Shown here one piece after another: positions 59,933 through 64,000 of a stretch of 64,000 nucleotides of DNA; position 1 is the stretch's first letter; each line of letters starts with the position of its first letter. The position numbers and the translations under genes were made by a program. Under the pieces are notes generated by a model, which did not search any database, was not told where the DNA came from, and saw nothing but the letters and a program-made list of their open reading frames with translations. This DNA is from the human T2T-CHM13v2.0 reference genome, Homo sapiens. The stretch lies in the NCBI RefSeq assembly GCF_009914755.1, contig NC_060936.1, one strand, 5' to 3'.

Positions 59933-62027
59933 ATTTTCTGACTATGGCTAATTCCTGAAAGCATGCTGTACTTACAAAGGATGCTTTTGCTCTGTAGGAA
60001 TTCACCAAGGTAAAATTTTCAAAGCATATGAAGAGGATTGTTGAAATTAATTAGGAGGTGAGGGGAATCTTGGGATATCTACTTCTTCTAGCCTCTGAGC
60101 TATGGCTTGGAACCTTGGTCAGCCTTATTAAGGACTTCCTTAGTTTATAAGTGTATCTCCCATGGGATCACAAATGCTTTCTTGTTTGATTTAGTTCATT
60201 TGAAGAAACATTAAGTTTCTCCTACTCATTTATTCATTCAGTCACGCATTCACCCAGATTATTTATTGAGCACCTATACTATGTACCAGGTAATGGCAGA
60301 AGATAAGTATATATCATACCTTTTAGAACTATAGGAGTGACACTCTCCCCACGCTTTGGCTGGCATTCTCTTCTTTTTCCTAAATATTTCTGCACTAGCT
60401 AGCCTTCAGAATTGGGATTTTGTTACCATGCAACAGTGTATCAGATTTATATATTGTGACTTGGGAAACATACTTTAAAAATTAGTTTCTGTAAATTTGA
60501 GTATACCATCTGGTAAAGCTTATCACAGTGTATATATACACAAAAGAAATAGTTGGCTAATTGAAGTAATGTGTGTTGATCATTCCTTTCACCTTTTCTG
60601 TATTACCATTTTCTCAATTGGGAATTCTACCTTTAAAAACCACACAATTTTAATAAATGTAGGTTTTATTTTTTGCAGGTTTTTAGGAGTAATTTTTAAA
60701 AAAGGAAGAGACATGAAGAATGAATTTGCCAAAAATGAAAATGTTATAAAATCTGAACATTTATGATTATGGTTCAAGATGTTCTAGAAATATTCTTATC
60801 CTTTTGACAGAAGTGTTTTGTTTTGTTTTTTTAATTTCATCTCTAAATGTCCCGTCTTTCAGATTTTAAAGCCTTAGGTGAGAAGAGCAAACATTTATTG
60901 AGAATTTTCAATGTGTGTGAGCATTTTATTTTAATTTTCATGAGGGTAACTACTCATACTATGTCTGTGAGAAAACGGAAAGATAGAGGGAATAAGGTTA
61001 CAAGTGATTTGTCCAAGGTCCCACAGCTACTAGGTGTTGGAGCCAGCATTTGAACCCAAGATCTAACTTTAGAGTTCACAGTATTAACTACCAGGCAGCA
61101 GTAGAATTTTTTTATACTTTATCTTATCGTTAGCTACAGGCTTTATTTGGGCAAGCAAGATAAACACAACCTCTGGGCCTTGCTTTTTGTGTCTGTTAAA
61201 TGAGGGTATAGTAAAATCAACTTTACTTCCAGCCAGTGATTTTTGTAGGGAACTGCTGTGATAATGTCTGTAGAAATGCTTTGGAGAAATTTGGAGTGAT
61301 ATATAACTGTAATTTTAATATTATAAGATAGGACTTAACAGCTATAGTAGTTTAAGCAACACATGTTCAGCATTATGACATGTCCTGTCAGTAATGTTAA
61401 TAAGTAATAGAGTTGGCTAAATTTATAGTCCTTATCAGTATTTAAACCTTTCAAGCTGTCTGAGCAGATAAAAGGGAGTTATCTTTTCACGTTACATAAT
61501 TAGTGCCTTCCTTATCTCCAGGACTGAAAAATAATGTGGTTTTTTTTTGCAGCTATATTAAACAGGTGATGACACAACTTGAAACTGGATTGTAGCCTTG
61601 CTGATCACTAAAAGGTAGATTTGCTGATAGGAAAGTCAGTGTAAATGGGTTACATTGCTTTAATCCAAAATGTAGTACTGAATTTGAGACGGAAAAACAT
61701 TTTTTAAGAATGAGGATGGGTCTTGGAGTAAGCTTCTGTTAATACTGTGTGAAGAACAGACAATGCATACAGTTGATACAGAAAGGTGGCTTGTCACATG
61801 CCGTTCTTCAGCTAGTTTGTAAGATACCATGAGTACTGTTATTATCAAAGTGGGAAGATGACATGTGTCCCCATGAATAGGCAATAGGTGAATATTAATA
61901 GTACTTAAATTAGAAGGTATTTAAAGTACATTAGGATCTTCAGTCTCTTAGATAAGTCATACGAAGCACATAATGAAATTTCCATCCCATTTTGCATTTG
62001 AAACTGTTACCAGTGATGGTTTAGACC

Positions 62028-62320
62028 AGAACCGTCCAGTAGAAATATAAGCCACACAGTAGCCACGTTAAAACATAAAAAAGTTGAGATTAATTTTAAT
62101 AATTGATTTTATTTAATCTGGTATACCTAGAATATTATTTTGACATATAATCAATATAAAAGTTTTTGATGAGATAGATATTTTATGCTCTTTTTTGAAT
62201 TAAGGCTTTAGAATCCGATATGTATTTTGCATTCATGGTGTATCTCAATTCAGACTAGCCATATTTCAAGTGCTCAGTAGCCACATTTGGCTAGTTGACT
62301 ACCCTGTTGGGTAGTGCAAG
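62028..62320. mobile_element. MER33/MER3-like hAT element
   Basis: gtccagtagaaatataa...ctagccatatttcaagtgctcagtagccacatttggctagt. Confidence 0.8.
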
Positions 62321-63899
62321 TCTGGACCGCTCTGAGTTATGGAGTTATATTATTGGTTTAATGAGACCTAATGACAGTCAAGCATTACAATGCCTGTAAT
62401 GTGCCATGTATAGTGTTCTCTATAATATTTTCAGAAGATCTTTGTAATAACTCTATGATGTCAGTTTTGTTATCATTTTAGACATAGACAGTGAGGTATG
62501 GAGATATTAATTTGTCTAAGATTAAACAGGTAGTCTGTAGAGGAGCAGGATTTAAAGCTAAATCTGACCCTAAAACCGCTGTCCTGTTTTTTGTGTCTGT
62601 TGCACTGTTTTAAAGCACTGCCACTAGCGTTTGGGCAGGTAGGTGGGTGAGGTGTAGTTTTGGCACTGCTCAGCCAGTGACTTGTGATTTAATTTTTCCT
62701 TATTTTTAGGCACAAAGGACTTCTTAGCTTAGAGTGGAAGTGGTATCTTCTAAGTCCTTGCTCATATTCCTGATTGGGAATGTTCCTTTATACTTGTTCC
62801 TCATTTCCCATTCATTAAACTGCTTTCTACAATTCTTTAAACAGGTAGAATGGAGAGATGGCTCTTTGAGTCTGTTACAGGACCGTGGCGGCAGATAAGG
62901 GAAAGCTCAGCTCCTATTGGCAAAAGTGAAAACTAATGTCTAGTAAAACTTTTGTCTGGATGAAGAAGTTTTCTAAGGGTTTCAGTACTTCATTCTGAGA
63001 AAGAATTGAGAAGTTCTTATTCATCATGCTCTTTGAATTGTAAATATTTTTTCAGTTATTTTACAGGATTTTATATTGTGGATTAATACTTAGCAGCATG
63101 TTCTATTTAATTTGAATAATTTCTTTGAATTACATTTGGATTCCTAGAGAATATTTTCTCACAAACTTTTTCATTTCAAAAGGAAAAACAGGCAGTCCCT
63201 AATTTTTGAATACGTTGTCTTCCAGATTGTGTGTAAAACAGTTGTTTGAACTTGGAGCATGTTTTACTACACTGGTTTTAAGTTCCTGGGCTAGCCCACA
63301 GAAGCCTATTTAAAACCACATCCTATTTTAGCACTAATATACTGTTGGTTTAAGTTTAGGGAATCAGAGCATTGGATCGTGTTCTGTGGGAGTTGGAGGA
63401 GAAAGTAAGTTTATTTTTGGCTTTTAGTGTTTTCTCTTATACTTTTTCATCTCTTTAATTTCTGTTTTCCAACTTATACTGGCCTAAGCTTTCTGCTCTT
63501 TTACTATAATCTTGGCTCAATAACTTTAAAAGATTCAATAACTTCTAAGTGCTCAATAACTTCAAAATTTTCTGTATGGAATAGGTTTACTTGTTGAGTG
63601 CTTGGCAAATAAACGTTTTATGCTCATTCGTATCTCATTTAGTTTTAAGAGTTTTATGAGGTAGGGGCTAGTTTTCCATCATTAATGAGGAATCTGAGGA
63701 TTAGGTTAATCACTTTGTCCAAGTTTATAGGGCAGGGAGAGGAGTTATGGAGTTAACGTTGTTGGGTAAAAACCTTAGCAACATGACTTGAAAGCTCATC
63801 CACTAACCATTGGACATACTGTTTTCCTTTTTCACATATCCTCTTCTCCTTTCTCTCTTTACTAAGTCCCAACTCCCCCTATTCCCTCAATTCAGATAC

Positions 63900-64000
63900 T
63901 TTTTTTTTCTTTTTGAAAGAGATGTGTCTTGCTCTGTTGCCCAGGCTAGCCTCAAGTAATTACTCGGGCCTTGGGCTCAAGTAATCCTCCCACCTCAGTT
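63900..64000 (-). mobile_element. Alu fragment running off the window
   Basis: T tract followed by tcttgctctgttgcccaggct...ctcaagtaatcctcccacctcag. Confidence 0.8.

Noticed and set aside
62690-62850. Possible LEMD3 exon 2 after the acceptor-like tttttccttatttttag
   Set aside because: No MAN1-like translation and only a weak donor.

Overview
Primate (human-like) genomic DNA matching the WIF1-LEMD3 interval (human 12q14.3 by recall). The left end holds WIF1 coding exon 1 (minus strand, 78-225) in a CpG-island promoter. LEMD3/MAN1 coding exon 1 (plus strand, 48519-50040) has its own CpG island and is followed by about 14 kb of intron 1. The two genes are divergent and about 48 kb apart. The intergenic and intronic DNA is mostly repeats (about 20 Alus, old L1/L2/MIR fragments, MaLR and ERV1-type LTRs, MER5/MER33/MADE1), plus an APOO processed pseudogene and a 500-bp polypurine tract. 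I found no evidence of a new multi-gene biological system. The most notable unexplained structure is a recent (~98% identical) 295-bp inverted templated copy of sequence from 4.5 kb away, inserted with a 9-bp target duplication. Other observations are small retrotransposition and repair scars, an exon-shaped intergenic segment, and a stop codon plus poly(A) signal overlapping the LEMD3 exon 1 splice donor. Repeat family names and boundaries were assigned by eye and are approximate.
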